64,000 nucleotides of DNA from an uncultured SAR86 cluster bacterium. Lineage in GTDB: Bacteria > Pseudomonadota > Gammaproteobacteria > Magnimaribacterales > D2472. The first letter of the stretch is position 1, and each line of letters starts with the position of its first letter. Positions 31,949 to 42,162 of this stretch are shown piece by piece. Where the stretch lies: NCBI GenBank assembly GCA_902509965.1, contig CABWZP010000003.1:5819-69818 (forward strand), read 5' to 3'. The notes below the pieces were generated by a model, which searched no databases, had not been told where the DNA came from, and worked only from the letters and a program-made list of their open reading frames with translations. A program made the translations under genes and the position numbers.

Positions 31949-32030
31949 AACACGAAGGTCCCGAACCTGCAAAGTTGGGGTGCTCTTTAGAGAGTTAACT
32001 TTGCTTAGGGCTGGAGAATAAACCCTGGAG
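31949..32030 (+). promoter_or_regulatory. rpsB 5' leader (t44 / S2 autoregulatory RNA)
   Basis: GCAAAGTT/AACTTTGC stem enclosing GGGGTGCTC-TTTA-GAGAG, followed by TGGAG..TAAACC; resembles the gammaproteobacterial rpsB leader. Confidence 0.75.
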
Positions 32031-32037
32031 AAATAAA

Positions 32038-32931
32038 ATGAGTATCGTTTCAGTAAAAGATCTGCTTCATGCAGGCGTTCACTTTGGTCATCAACAAAGA
32101 TTTTGGAATCCTAAAATGGACCAATATATCTTTGATACAAGAAAAAAAATTAGCATTATTAACCTTGAACTAACTCAAGAGCATCTAAGTGCAGCTGCTT
32201 CAAAAGTTGAAGACATATGTTCGAAGGGAAATAAAGTTTTGTTTGTTGGGACCAAAAGGTCTGCTAGCAAAACTATTAAAGAAGAGGCTTCAGCGCTAGG
32301 CCTACCATACGTAAATAAAAGATGGCTTGGCGGAACACTTACTAATTGGAAGACTATTAGAGGCTCAATTAGAAGATTGCATGATATAGAAGAAATGGTT
32401 TCCTCAGGAAGAATAGAAAAACTTATAAAAAAAGAGGCTGTTGAAATACAAAAAGAGCATACAAAACTTGAAGCAAGTGTTGGCGGAATTAAAGATATGA
32501 AAGGACTTCCTGATGCATTATTTATTATTGATATTAAGCATGAAAAGATCGCAGTTCTAGAAGCCCAAAAAATGGGAATCCCAGTAATCGCATTAGTTGA
32601 TACAAATTCAGATCCAGATGGCATTGATACTGTAATACCTGGCAATGACGATGCGATTAGGTCTGTAAGACTTGTAACAAGAGTTATTGCTGAAGCGTGT
32701 GCAAGAGGAATTGAATCATCAACAGGTTATGCTCCTGTCTCAGATGTTAAATCACCTAAAATAGAAACAATAAAAAAAGAAGAACCTGAAGCTCCTGTAG
32801 AAGAAGTCGAAGCTCCTGCGGAAGAAGTTGTGGCTGAAGCTCCTGCGGAAGAAATTGAAACTCCTGCGGAAGAAGTTGTGGCTGAAGCTCCTGTAGAAGA
32901 ATCTGAGGAATCTGAAAAAGATTCAAAGTAA
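32038..32931 (+). CDS. rpsB: 30S ribosomal protein S2 with repetitive acidic tail
   Basis: [31 protein letters not shown]. Confidence 0.99.
   Translation: MSIVSVKDLLHAGVHFGHQQRFWNPKMDQYIFDTRKKISIINLELTQEHLSAAASKVEDICSKGNKVLFVGTKRSASKTIKEEASALGLPYVNKRWLGGTLTNWKTIRGSIRRLHDIEEMVSSGRIEKLIKKEAVEIQKEHTKLEASVGGIKDMKGLPDALFIIDIKHEKIAVLEAQKMGIPVIALVDTNSDPDGIDTVIPGNDDAIRSVRLVTRVIAEACARGIESSTGYAPVSDVKSPKIETIKKEEPEAPVEEVEAPAEEVVAEAPAEEIETPAEEVVAEAPVEESEESEKDSK
32788..32901 (+). repeat. intragenic tandem repeat of alternating 21- and 27-nt units (48-nt period) encoding EAP(A/V)EE
   Basis: GAAGCTCCTG(T/C)(A/G)GAAGAA core at 32788, 32809, 32836, 32857 (GAAACT variant) and 32884. Confidence 0.92.
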
Positions 32932-32957
32932 ATCATTAATAATAAAGGATTAGAAAA

Positions 32958-33815
32958 ATGGAAATTAAAGCATCACAAGTCAAAGAATTAAGAGATATGT
33001 CTGGTGTCGCCATGATGGAATGTAAGAGAGCTTTGGTTGAGTGCGAAGGAGATCTAGAAAAAGCTTTGGATCTTTTAAGATCTAATAGTTCACTTAAAGC
33101 AGAAAAAAAATCTTCTAGAGTGGCTGCTGATGGAGTAATTAGAATAGTCTCATCAGATAGTTACGCAACAATTATTGAAATAAATTCTGAAACTGATTTT
33201 GCTGCAAAAGATCCTGGATTTATAGCTTTTGCCGATGATGTTGTAAATTATGTCTCTAATAATAAAGTAGATGATATATCTATGTTTGCATCAACTGAAA
33301 TAGAAGAAAAGAGGTTAGCTCTAATTCAAAAAATTGGTGAAAACATACAATTGAGAAGAATGGAAACAATCGAATTTGATAATTCAATGTCTGTAGGGTC
33401 TTATATGCATTCAGATGGAAAACTAGCAACACTAGTTGTTACCAGTAATTCTGATGATAATCTTGCGAAAGATGTTGCTATGCACGTAGCGGCATCTAAC
33501 CCTTTATGCAAAACTCCTGATGATATTGATAGCGAAGTTCTTGAAAGAGAAAAAGCTATTTTTGAGGTTCAAGCTAAAGAGTCAGGAAAAGATGACGAAA
33601 TTATGAGCAAGATGGTAGAAGGAAAGGTTAGAAAGTTTCTTGCAGAGGTATCTTTAACCTCTCAAGCTTTTATTAAAGATCCTGACATGACTGTTGGAAA
33701 ACTTCTTTCAGACAATGGAGCAGATGTTACCGGGTATGTTAGATTTAAAGTTGGTGAAGGAATTGAAGTTGAAACTAAAAGTTTTGCAGATGAGGTTGCT
33801 GATCAATTAAAATAA
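32958..33815 (+). CDS. tsf: elongation factor Ts
   Basis: VKELRDMSGVAMMECKRAL, EINSETDFAA, GEGIE. Confidence 0.99.
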   Translation: MEIKASQVKELRDMSGVAMMECKRALVECEGDLEKALDLLRSNSSLKAEKKSSRVAADGVIRIVSSDSYATIIEINSETDFAAKDPGFIAFADDVVNYVSNNKVDDISMFASTEIEEKRLALIQKIGENIQLRRMETIEFDNSMSVGSYMHSDGKLATLVVTSNSDDNLAKDVAMHVAASNPLCKTPDDIDSEVLEREKAIFEVQAKESGKDDEIMSKMVEGKVRKFLAEVSLTSQAFIKDPDMTVGKLLSDNGADVTGYVRFKVGEGIEVETKSFADEVADQLK

Positions 33816-33819
33816 TTCA

Positions 33820-34533
33820 ATGTCCAATCTAAAACATAAACGCCTTCTTGTTAAATTCAGTGGCGAATCTGTTGCTGGTGATGATGAGCATGGAATCGAC
33901 CCCAAGATTCTTGATGCAATGGCTAAATCTATAAAAGAGTGTAAAGAAATAGATGCTGAAATAGGTATTGTTATTGGTGGAGGCAACTTATTTCGAGGAG
34001 AGAAGCTAAATCAAGCTGGAATGGATAGAGTTGCAGGTGATCATATGGGTATGTTAGCAACAGTAATGAATGGTATTGCTTTTAGAGATGCTCTCGAAAG
34101 AGCAGGCATTAAAACAAGAGTAATGTCCGCTATTCCTATAGCAGGATTAGTAGAGCATTATGACAGAAGGTTAGCAATTCAACTTCTAAGCGATGGATAT
34201 GTTGTAATATTTACTGCTGGGACTGGAAATCCATTTTTTACCACAGATACAGCTGGTTGCTTGAGAGCAGTTGAGATACAAGCTGATTTAATGTTAAAAG
34301 CAACACGAGTTGATGGAGTATATTCAGATGACCCTGAAATTAATCCAGAAGCGAAATTCCATCCAGTTCTGTCTTTTGACGAAGCTATTTCTAAAAATTT
34401 AAAAGTTATGGACGCAACAGCTCTAACTTTAGCTCGAGATCACAAACTACCTATTAATGTTTTTAATGTTTCAAAAGAACATGCTCTTAAAGATATTATT
34501 TGTGGAGAACATATTGGTACAATAATATCTTAA
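33820..34533 (+). CDS. pyrH: UMP kinase
   Basis: VKFSGE, GGGNLFRG, GTGNPFFTTD. Confidence 0.99.
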   Translation: MSNLKHKRLLVKFSGESVAGDDEHGIDPKILDAMAKSIKECKEIDAEIGIVIGGGNLFRGEKLNQAGMDRVAGDHMGMLATVMNGIAFRDALERAGIKTRVMSAIPIAGLVEHYDRRLAIQLLSDGYVVIFTAGTGNPFFTTDTAGCLRAVEIQADLMLKATRVDGVYSDDPEINPEAKFHPVLSFDEAISKNLKVMDATALTLARDHKLPINVFNVSKEHALKDIICGEHIGTIIS

Positions 34534-34534
34534 T

Positions 34535-35089
34535 ATGAACACAATACTTGAATCACTTAAAGAAAGAATGGAGAAATCCATAGAATCTCTTAGATCAGCA
34601 TTTAATAAAATTAGAACCGGCCGAGCAAATCCTGCAATACTTGATGATGTTAAAATTGATTATTATGGAAATTTAACTCCTTTAAATCAAACATCTAATA
34701 TTTCTGTTGAAGAAAATAGAACCTTAGTTATCTCTCCATGGGATAAAAATTTAATGCCTGAAATTGAAAAAGCCATAACTTCATCTGACTTGGGCTTAAA
34801 TCCAAGCTCATCTGGTGATCTGATAAGAGTCACTATGCCAACTCTTACTGAAGAAACAAGACAGGGCTATATCAAACAAGCAAGAAGTGAGGCTGAAAAT
34901 TCACGAATATCAATTAGAAATATCCGAAGAGATGCAAATAATCAAGTTAAAGATATGCAGTCAGCAGGTGAAATATCTGAGGATGATATGAGACGTTCAG
35001 AAGACCTAATTCAAAAAGAAACTGATACTTATATATCAATTGTAGATTCAGAATTAAAAAATAAAGAATCTGATCTCCTAGAAATATAA
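34535..35089 (+). CDS. frr: ribosome recycling factor
   Basis: IRTGRANP, LTEETR, IRNIRRDAN. Confidence 0.99.
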   Translation: MNTILESLKERMEKSIESLRSAFNKIRTGRANPAILDDVKIDYYGNLTPLNQTSNISVEENRTLVISPWDKNLMPEIEKAITSSDLGLNPSSSGDLIRVTMPTLTEETRQGYIKQARSEAENSRISIRNIRRDANNQVKDMQSAGEISEDDMRRSEDLIQKETDTYISIVDSELKNKESDLLEI

Positions 35090-35099
35090 GTCGACCATC

Positions 35100-35828
35100 A
35101 TGGGTCTACCCAAATCAGACAAAAATCAAAACTCTATAAAGAATGTTGCCATTATTATGGATGGAAATGGAAGATGGGCTAAAAGCAATAAATTAAAAAT
35201 AACTCAAGGGCATGAAAAAGGTGTTGGCGTTGTTAAAGATATCGTAGAGGAATGTGTTACACAAAATATAAATACGCTAACAATCTATGCATTTAGCTCT
35301 GAAAATTGGTCTAGGCCTAAAAATGAAATTGATGGCATTAAAGCTTTAATTGTTAAAGCTATCTCTGATCAAGTACCAGAACTAATTGATCAAAGAGTTA
35401 AGTTAAATTTTTTTGGAAATATAGAAGATTTTGGTTCAAAAATAATTGACAAGATTAATAAAGCCCAAAATGATACTTCTTTAAGTAATCCATCTTTAGA
35501 GCTAAATGTTGCATTAGGTTATGGGGGTAGGAATGACATTGTAAATACCACCAAGTTATTAGCAAAAAAAGTTCATAATAAAGAAATAAATATAAAAGAC
35601 ATTAATGAAGATATTTTTTCACAACTCTCATTAGTTCCTGTCGATAATATAGATCTTGTTATTAGGACAGGTGGAGATAAAAGACTTAGTAATTTTTTAT
35701 TATTCCAAATAGCATATGCTGAAATAATGTTTATTGAAAAATTATGGCCAGATTTTACTAAAGAAGATTTTATTTCTTGCCTAGAGTCTTTTAAAAATGT
35801 GGAGAGAAGATTTGGAAAAAGAATTTAA
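35100..35828 (+). CDS. uppS: undecaprenyl diphosphate synthase
   Basis: AIIMDGNGRWA, YAFSSENWSRP, IRTGGDKRLSNFLL. Confidence 0.98.
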   Translation: MGLPKSDKNQNSIKNVAIIMDGNGRWAKSNKLKITQGHEKGVGVVKDIVEECVTQNINTLTIYAFSSENWSRPKNEIDGIKALIVKAISDQVPELIDQRVKLNFFGNIEDFGSKIIDKINKAQNDTSLSNPSLELNVALGYGGRNDIVNTTKLLAKKVHNKEINIKDINEDIFSQLSLVPVDNIDLVIRTGGDKRLSNFLLFQIAYAEIMFIEKLWPDFTKEDFISCLESFKNVERRFGKRI

Positions 35829-35838
35829 TACAACATTT

Positions 35839-36630
35839 ATGAACCGATCTATTACCGGTTTAATGATGGTTATACCTTTTTTTAGTTTAATTTATTTTGC
35901 TAATAGCTTTCTTACAAATATAGTAATTACAGTAATTTCAATATTAATTTTTTTAGAGTGGAGAGGGTTAGCCAAAGAAAGAAATCTAACAGTTGATTTA
36001 CTATTTATTATTTTCTTTATATTGGGGTATATAGTTTTTCAAGAATATTTTTTATTCTTTTTTGTATCTCTTTTAGCTGTTTTTTGGTTTATTTTTTCAA
36101 TATTTTTATTTAGAAATAAGTTAGAACTTATTAGTTCCATACATTTTGACAATAATGCCCTTAGACTTATAGTAATAGCGGGGTTTTATTCTAGCTTATT
36201 GCTACTTGTCCAAACCATTGAAATAAATCACCTTTTAGTTTTTATAATTATAGTAAATACTTCATTGGCTGACATTTGTGCATATTTAGTAGGCTCTCGC
36301 TTTGGTAAAACTCCTTTATTAAAAAATATTAGTCCTAATAAAACTTTTGAGGGCTTTGTGGGAGGCATAGCTGCATCATTATCATTTGGATTACTAATGT
36401 ATTATGTATATCAACTGCCAATATCTATGGTCCCTATAATAATTTTTTCATCTCTCTATGCATTTGTTGGAGATTATTTTATGAGTTACTTAAAGAGGAA
36501 AAGTAACCTGAAAGATACTGGTTCAATTCTTCCTGGGCATGGCGGCATTTTAGACAGGATTGATTCACATTTGTCTGCTACAACAATATTTACTTTCTTA
36601 TTTTTATTAATCCAAACCATAGGCATTTAA
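35839..36630 (+). CDS. cdsA: phosphatidate cytidylyltransferase (start likely ATG 35839)
   Basis: DICAYLVG, ISPNKTFEG, KDTGSILPGHGGILDRIDS. Confidence 0.95.
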   Translation: MNRSITGLMMVIPFFSLIYFANSFLTNIVITVISILIFLEWRGLAKERNLTVDLLFIIFFILGYIVFQEYFLFFFVSLLAVFWFIFSIFLFRNKLELISSIHFDNNALRLIVIAGFYSSLLLLVQTIEINHLLVFIIIVNTSLADICAYLVGSRFGKTPLLKNISPNKTFEGFVGGIAASLSFGLLMYYVYQLPISMVPIIIFSSLYAFVGDYFMSYLKRKSNLKDTGSILPGHGGILDRIDSHLSATTIFTFLFLLIQTIGI

Positions 36631-37782
36631 ATGAAAAATATTCTTTTGTTGGGTGCAACTGGAAGTATTGGCGATAGCGTTCTTAATGTTATAAGACAAA
36701 ATAAAAGCACGCTAAATTTATTTGGAATCGCAGTTGGAAAGAATATTAAGAAAACAGAAAGCATTATCAAAACATTTTTACCCAAACATATTTTTGTAGA
36801 TGATGTTAAAGCTTATGATGAAATTTCTTCTTTTCATCCAGATAAAAATATCTTAAATTCAGATCAAGAATTATTGAATTTAATTTCTGATGATAAAGTT
36901 GATATTGTCATATCTGCAATAGTTGGATTTGCTGGTCTCAAAGCAAGCTTAATGGCGGTTAATGCAGGTAAAACAGTATTGATTGCTAATAAAGAAAGCA
37001 TTGTTGCAGCAGGGGATATACTTATGCCTTTAGCAAGATCTAAAGGTTCAATAATTATCCCGATTGATAGCGAACATAATGCAATATTTCAATGCCTCCC
37101 AGAAGATAAAACTACCAAAGATGTTGATAAAATTACAATAACTGCTTCTGGAGGTCCTTTTATAAATATACCTCTTTCAAAACTATCTGACATATCTCCT
37201 AAAGATGCTCTTAAGCATCCAAATTGGGAAATGGGTTTTAAGGTATCTATTGATTCTGCAACTTTAGTAAATAAATGCTTGGAATTAATAGAAGCTAGAT
37301 ACCTTTTTGATTTAAATGAAAAGTTTTTTGATTTAGTTATTCATCCTCAAAGCATTGTTCATTCAATAGTTACATATAAAGATGGTTCAAGTATCTCACA
37401 GATGAGCAATCCAAATATGGAAGTTCCAATTGCTAATGCATTAGGTGATTCTAGTAAAGTACCAATTGAATATTCAAAATTAGATTTCAATAATCTTAAT
37501 CTTTCATTTCAAGAATTCCCTTCAGATAGATCCAAACTCCAAAATCTAGCTAGAGAGATTTGCAATACTGGTGGCTCTTCTGGTCTGATTTTCAATGCAG
37601 CAAATGAGATAGCTGTTGAATATTTCCTAAAAAAAGAGCTTAAATTCTCTCAAATTTATGATGTTATTTATAGAACTTTTGATTTAATGCCCTTGTCTAA
37701 TCCTCAAGATATAGAAACTTTAAATGAATTAAACAATGAAGCACGCATCAAGGCTAAGAAGGTGATAAAATCGATAACTTAA
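36631..37782 (+). CDS. dxr: 1-deoxy-D-xylulose-5-phosphate reductoisomerase
   Basis: LGATGSIG, LIANKES, PIDSEHNAIFQ, HPNWEMG. Confidence 0.98.
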   Translation: MKNILLLGATGSIGDSVLNVIRQNKSTLNLFGIAVGKNIKKTESIIKTFLPKHIFVDDVKAYDEISSFHPDKNILNSDQELLNLISDDKVDIVISAIVGFAGLKASLMAVNAGKTVLIANKESIVAAGDILMPLARSKGSIIIPIDSEHNAIFQCLPEDKTTKDVDKITITASGGPFINIPLSKLSDISPKDALKHPNWEMGFKVSIDSATLVNKCLELIEARYLFDLNEKFFDLVIHPQSIVHSIVTYKDGSSISQMSNPNMEVPIANALGDSSKVPIEYSKLDFNNLNLSFQEFPSDRSKLQNLAREICNTGGSSGLIFNAANEIAVEYFLKKELKFSQIYDVIYRTFDLMPLSNPQDIETLNELNNEARIKAKKVIKSIT

Positions 37783-37792
37783 AATTAGCAAT

Positions 37793-39139
37793 ATGAATTA
37801 TTTAATAGATACATTAGTCTACGCAGGAGCATTTATAGCTTTGCTATTTGTATTGGTGGTTATTCATGAATGTGGTCATTACTTTGTAGCTAGATATTTT
37901 GGTGTTCATTGTCCTAGGTTCTCATTTGGTATGGGACCTGTTATTTATAAAAAAATAGATAAACATGGAACTGAATTTGCTTTGTCTGCTTTTCCTTTAG
38001 GTGGATATGTTTCAATGATTACTAAGAAAATGTTTGAAGTAGATCCCGAGCTAAAAAAAGAATTTACAGAAGTTCAGCTTGATAAAACGTTTGATACTAA
38101 ACCTAAACTTCAAAGAGCTGCAATAATGCTAGCTGGACCAGTTGCTAACTTTCTTTTATCTATTCTTATATTTTCTTTTATTTTTTCGAGCACACCAGAC
38201 CCTCAATCAACTCTTGTAGTGAATGAGATTGATGATTCTTCAATGTTTCAAATTGGCGATCAAATTATTTCAATAGACGGAGTAAAAGTTTCAGAAAGAA
38301 AAGACATAAGTTTGGAATTGCTTTCAAAGGCAGGAATGACAGGTGAGCTATTTATAGAGGTTCTCTCAAAAGATTCAAGTTCAACAAAAGAGATATCATT
38401 GAATGTCGATAACTTTTTAACAGATAGTGAACAACAACAAAATCCAGTAAATGCATTAAATATATCAGTGCAAACAAGAATGCTCCCTATAATTGGAAGT
38501 TTGATTGATAAAGGTGCTGCAGATAAAGGCGGGTTAAAAGAAAATGATAGGATATTAGCCATTAATAACTCAAGCATATCTTATGCATCCGAAATAGTAG
38601 CTGTTTTAAATAATTTAACTGGTAATTCAGCTGATATCCAAGTATTAAGAAACAATAAAACTATAATTTTTCCTGTAGAACTTACTTCAGTTGTTGATAG
38701 TTTAGGTAATGAATCAAAATTATTAGGAATTGGATTTGGTCTCCAAAGAACTTTTATTGAATCCATAATTAAGGGAGCAAAAGAGACTTACAATTTAAGT
38801 ATAAAGACGCTTCAATTTATTGGAAAGATGTTTACAGGAAACATGGGTACTGAGAATCTTTCTGGTCCAATTGGTATTGCTAAAATGGCAGGAGATACGG
38901 CTCAAGCAGGGATACTGCCCTTTATGTATTTAATGGCATTATTAAGCATCAGTTTAGGAGTATTGAATTTATTACCCATACCAGCTCTTGATGGAGGTCA
39001 ATTAACCCTTCTTGGAGTTGAAGCAATTAGAGGCTCACCTCTACCTGATAAAGTAGAAAATTTTGTATATGCTACAGGCACCGTGATGATACTATTCTTA
39101 ATGGTATTTGCTGTATTTAATGATGTAGCAAGATTTTAA
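37793..39139 (+). CDS. rseP: RIP metalloprotease RseP
   Basis: HECGH, AGPVAN, two PDZ-like regions, NLLPIPALDGG. Confidence 0.97.
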   Translation: MNYLIDTLVYAGAFIALLFVLVVIHECGHYFVARYFGVHCPRFSFGMGPVIYKKIDKHGTEFALSAFPLGGYVSMITKKMFEVDPELKKEFTEVQLDKTFDTKPKLQRAAIMLAGPVANFLLSILIFSFIFSSTPDPQSTLVVNEIDDSSMFQIGDQIISIDGVKVSERKDISLELLSKAGMTGELFIEVLSKDSSSTKEISLNVDNFLTDSEQQQNPVNALNISVQTRMLPIIGSLIDKGAADKGGLKENDRILAINNSSISYASEIVAVLNNLTGNSADIQVLRNNKTIIFPVELTSVVDSLGNESKLLGIGFGLQRTFIESIIKGAKETYNLSIKTLQFIGKMFTGNMGTENLSGPIGIAKMAGDTAQAGILPFMYLMALLSISLGVLNLLPIPALDGGQLTLLGVEAIRGSPLPDKVENFVYATGTVMILFLMVFAVFNDVARF

Positions 39140-39145
39140 TAAGGA

Positions 39146-41566
39146 ATGACATTGAAAAAATTACTTTTACTTATCATATCTCTCAGTTTTATAAATGTAG
39201 TAACAGCATTTGATGATTTCGTTATTAATGATATAAGAATAGTAGGTCTACAAAGAGTATCTACAGGCAGTATATTTAATGTAATACCAGTTAGCGTAGG
39301 TGACAGAGTTGACAAGAGAAAAGTTGGAGATATTACAAGAGCCCTATTCGCTACAGAGCAATTCGATGATATTCAAATCGGCAAGGAATTAAGCACTCTT
39401 ATAATTACGGTCCAAGAGAGACCCTCTATATCTGCGATCAATATTTCAGGAAACAAAGCTCTTAAAACAGAACAATTACTTGAAAGTTTGAATGGTGTCG
39501 AAATTGCTGAGGGTAAAGTTTACAAAAGATCTACTTTAGAAAAAATGAAATCTGAATTGGTTAGGTCTTATGCTTCTCAAGGAAGATATGGAGCTAGTGT
39601 TGAAGTTGATGAAATCAACAAACCAAGAAATAGAGTAGAAGTTGGAATAGTTGTTGATGAGGGTGAAAGCGCAACTATTGAGAGTATTAATATTTTAGGT
39701 AACAAATTATTTACCGATGACGAACTTTTACGAAGTTTTGAACTAGGAGAAGGAAGCATATTATCTTTTTTAACGAGTGATAATCAGTATTCTAGAGAAA
39801 AACTACAAGGGGACATTGAAAACCTCGAGTCATATTATCTAGATAGAGGTTATTTAAAGTTTTCATTAGAATCTACTCAGGTTAGCTTAACAAGAGACAG
39901 AAAAGGAATACATATTACTTTTGGCTTGATAGAAGGAGATCAATATACTGTAAGTGAAGTCAGTGTTATTGGAAATATCCCTATAAAAGCAGAAGCCTAT
40001 GAAACTGTTATTCAATCTCAAAAAAATAAGGTTTATTCTCAAGCAGCTATAACTGCTATTGAAGAATTTTTTACTACGGTTCTAGGAAATGAAGGTTATG
40101 CATTTGCTGAAGTAAAAGGAAGTCCTGAAATAAATGAAGATACCCAAGAGGTAGATTTAGTTTTTGCCGTAAATGCAGGTAAGCGAACATATACAAGAAA
40201 AATAATTTTTGCTGGTAATCAAATAACCCAAGATGAAGTTTTAAGAAGAGAGATGAGACAATTTGAAGGCGCTCCAACATCAGACGAAAGAATCCAAAAC
40301 TCTAAAGTTCGACTAGAGAGATTGGGTTATTTCAAAGATGTGACCGTTGAAACTATTCCAGTTCCTGGAACTGATGATCAGGTAGATGCGGTATATCAAG
40401 TTGAAGAGGAAACAACTGGTCAAATAGGTGGAAATGTTGGTTATAGTGATTTTGGTTTGATGCTTGGCTTTAATCTTAATGAAAGGAACTTTCTTGGAAG
40501 CGGAAATACTGTAGGAGTTTCAATAAACAAGAGCGTTTATCAAGAGTCATATAATCTTTCATTTTTTGATCCTTATTACACCATGGATGGTGTTAGCAGA
40601 GGCTATAACGCATATTTTAGAGAAACTGATTACGGCGAATTTAATATAGCAAATTACTTAACTAATTCAGCTGGAGTCGGTTTACAATTTGGTTACCCCA
40701 TATCAGATACACAAAGAGTAGGCTTAAACTTAACCTATGATAAAACAGATATTGATTCTGGAACTCTTCCAGCTAGAGAGATATCTGATTTCTTAACCTC
40801 AGAAGGTAATATCTTTGAAACATTAAGCGTTCAAGCTGTATGGTCAAGAGTTACTCTTAATCGTGGAATGTTTCCCACGCAAGGATCATCAACAGATTTA
40901 ATGCTAATGGCAGCACTACCTTTTAGTGATATTCAATACGCTAGATTTAATGTTCGACAAAAGTATTACAAACCGTTAGGCATATATGACCTTGTCTTTG
41001 GATTTAATGGTGAGCTTGGTTATATGGATGTTTATGGCGATACAAAAAGTACACCATTTTTTCAAAATTTTTATGCTGGAGGACCTAGATCACTTAGAGG
41101 TTTTGAATCAAATACACTTGGGCCAAGAAGCACACAAGCGCCATGTTATGAATATGATCCTGTAAATGACTTATGTCCAGCTTTAAGGGATACAGACTTT
41201 GATGGAGAGCCTGATTCACCAGCATATAATCCATATCTATTTAGCAATAGAGATCAACCTATTGGAGGAAATGTTAAAGTTGAAGGAAGTTTCCAATTAA
41301 TATTTAAACTTCCGATGATTGAAGATCAAAGGTCTATGCGATCTGCTTTTTTCTTTGATTTTGGTAATGTTTTTTCAACTGACTGCAAAGATTATCAAAT
41401 TAATTGTTATGAACCAGATCTTGAAGAATTAAGATATTCTTATGGTGTGGGAGTTACATGGATAACAGGATTTGGACCAATGAGTTTTGCAATTGCAAAA
41501 CCTTCTAATGCTGGACCATTTGAAAGAACTGAGCAATTCCAGTTTACAATTGGAAATGTTTTTTAA
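39146..41566 (+). CDS. bamA: outer membrane protein assembly factor BamA
   Basis: Signal peptide, POTRA domains (GLQRV, LRREMRQ.EG), LRGF loop-6 motif, C-terminal FQFTIGNVF. Confidence 0.98.
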   Translation: MTLKKLLLLIISLSFINVVTAFDDFVINDIRIVGLQRVSTGSIFNVIPVSVGDRVDKRKVGDITRALFATEQFDDIQIGKELSTLIITVQERPSISAINISGNKALKTEQLLESLNGVEIAEGKVYKRSTLEKMKSELVRSYASQGRYGASVEVDEINKPRNRVEVGIVVDEGESATIESINILGNKLFTDDELLRSFELGEGSILSFLTSDNQYSREKLQGDIENLESYYLDRGYLKFSLESTQVSLTRDRKGIHITFGLIEGDQYTVSEVSVIGNIPIKAEAYETVIQSQKNKVYSQAAITAIEEFFTTVLGNEGYAFAEVKGSPEINEDTQEVDLVFAVNAGKRTYTRKIIFAGNQITQDEVLRREMRQFEGAPTSDERIQNSKVRLERLGYFKDVTVETIPVPGTDDQVDAVYQVEEETTGQIGGNVGYSDFGLMLGFNLNERNFLGSGNTVGVSINKSVYQESYNLSFFDPYYTMDGVSRGYNAYFRETDYGEFNIANYLTNSAGVGLQFGYPISDTQRVGLNLTYDKTDIDSGTLPAREISDFLTSEGNIFETLSVQAVWSRVTLNRGMFPTQGSSTDLMLMAALPFSDIQYARFNVRQKYYKPLGIYDLVFGFNGELGYMDVYGDTKSTPFFQNFYAGGPRSLRGFESNTLGPRSTQAPCYEYDPVNDLCPALRDTDFDGEPDSPAYNPYLFSNRDQPIGGNVKVEGSFQLIFKLPMIEDQRSMRSAFFFDFGNVFSTDCKDYQINCYEPDLEELRYSYGVGVTWITGFGPMSFAIAKPSNAGPFERTEQFQFTIGNVF

Positions 41567-41629
41567 ATGATAATTTCATGCTTTTTGCATAAATTAGTAT
41601 AAAATACATCAACTTATTAAGGGGTAATT

Positions 41630-42154
41630 ATGAAAAATTTAAATAAACTATTTTTAGCTGCATTCTTATTAATATCTGTGCCTTCATATGCTAGTGATGG
41701 TATGGCAGTTATTGATATGAGAGTTGCTGTTTTATCAACACAACAAGCGCAAGATACTTTCAAGGCATTAGAAGAGGACGCTGATTATGCTGCTAAAGTA
41801 GAGCAAGCTCAGACGCTTCAGGCAGATAGGCAAGCTTTAGCAGAAACCCTTCAAAAAGATGGAGAGACCATGTCTCAAGAAGAGGTAGCTAGCGCTCAAA
41901 AATCTATTCAAGATAAATCTCAGGAGCTTGAGTTTATTGTTGGTCAAATTCAAGCAAAGCAAAACGAAACAGCTGAAAAGATTTTTAGAGACATGAATCC
42001 TTCATTACAAAAAATTCTTTCAGAGCTTCTTGCTGCTAAGCAATTAAAAGTTTTATTAGCTAGAGATACTGCTATTTTTGCAGATCCAGCACTAGATATA
42101 ACAGATGATGTTACTTCTATGCTTGATGTTGCAGCTTCTGGGGCGAATGAATAA
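41630..42154 (+). CDS. skp: periplasmic chaperone Skp/OmpH
   Basis: Signal peptide, AVID, coiled coil, DITDDV; between bamA and lpxD. Confidence 0.9.
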   Translation: MKNLNKLFLAAFLLISVPSYASDGMAVIDMRVAVLSTQQAQDTFKALEEDADYAAKVEQAQTLQADRQALAETLQKDGETMSQEEVASAQKSIQDKSQELEFIVGQIQAKQNETAEKIFRDMNPSLQKILSELLAAKQLKVLLARDTAIFADPALDITDDVTSMLDVAASGANE

Positions 42155-42162
42155 ACTCACTT

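Noticed and set aside
32788-32901. CRISPR-like repeat array
   Set aside because: The repeats are in-frame coding units inside rpsB with 3-9 nt between cores, no unique spacers and no cas genes.
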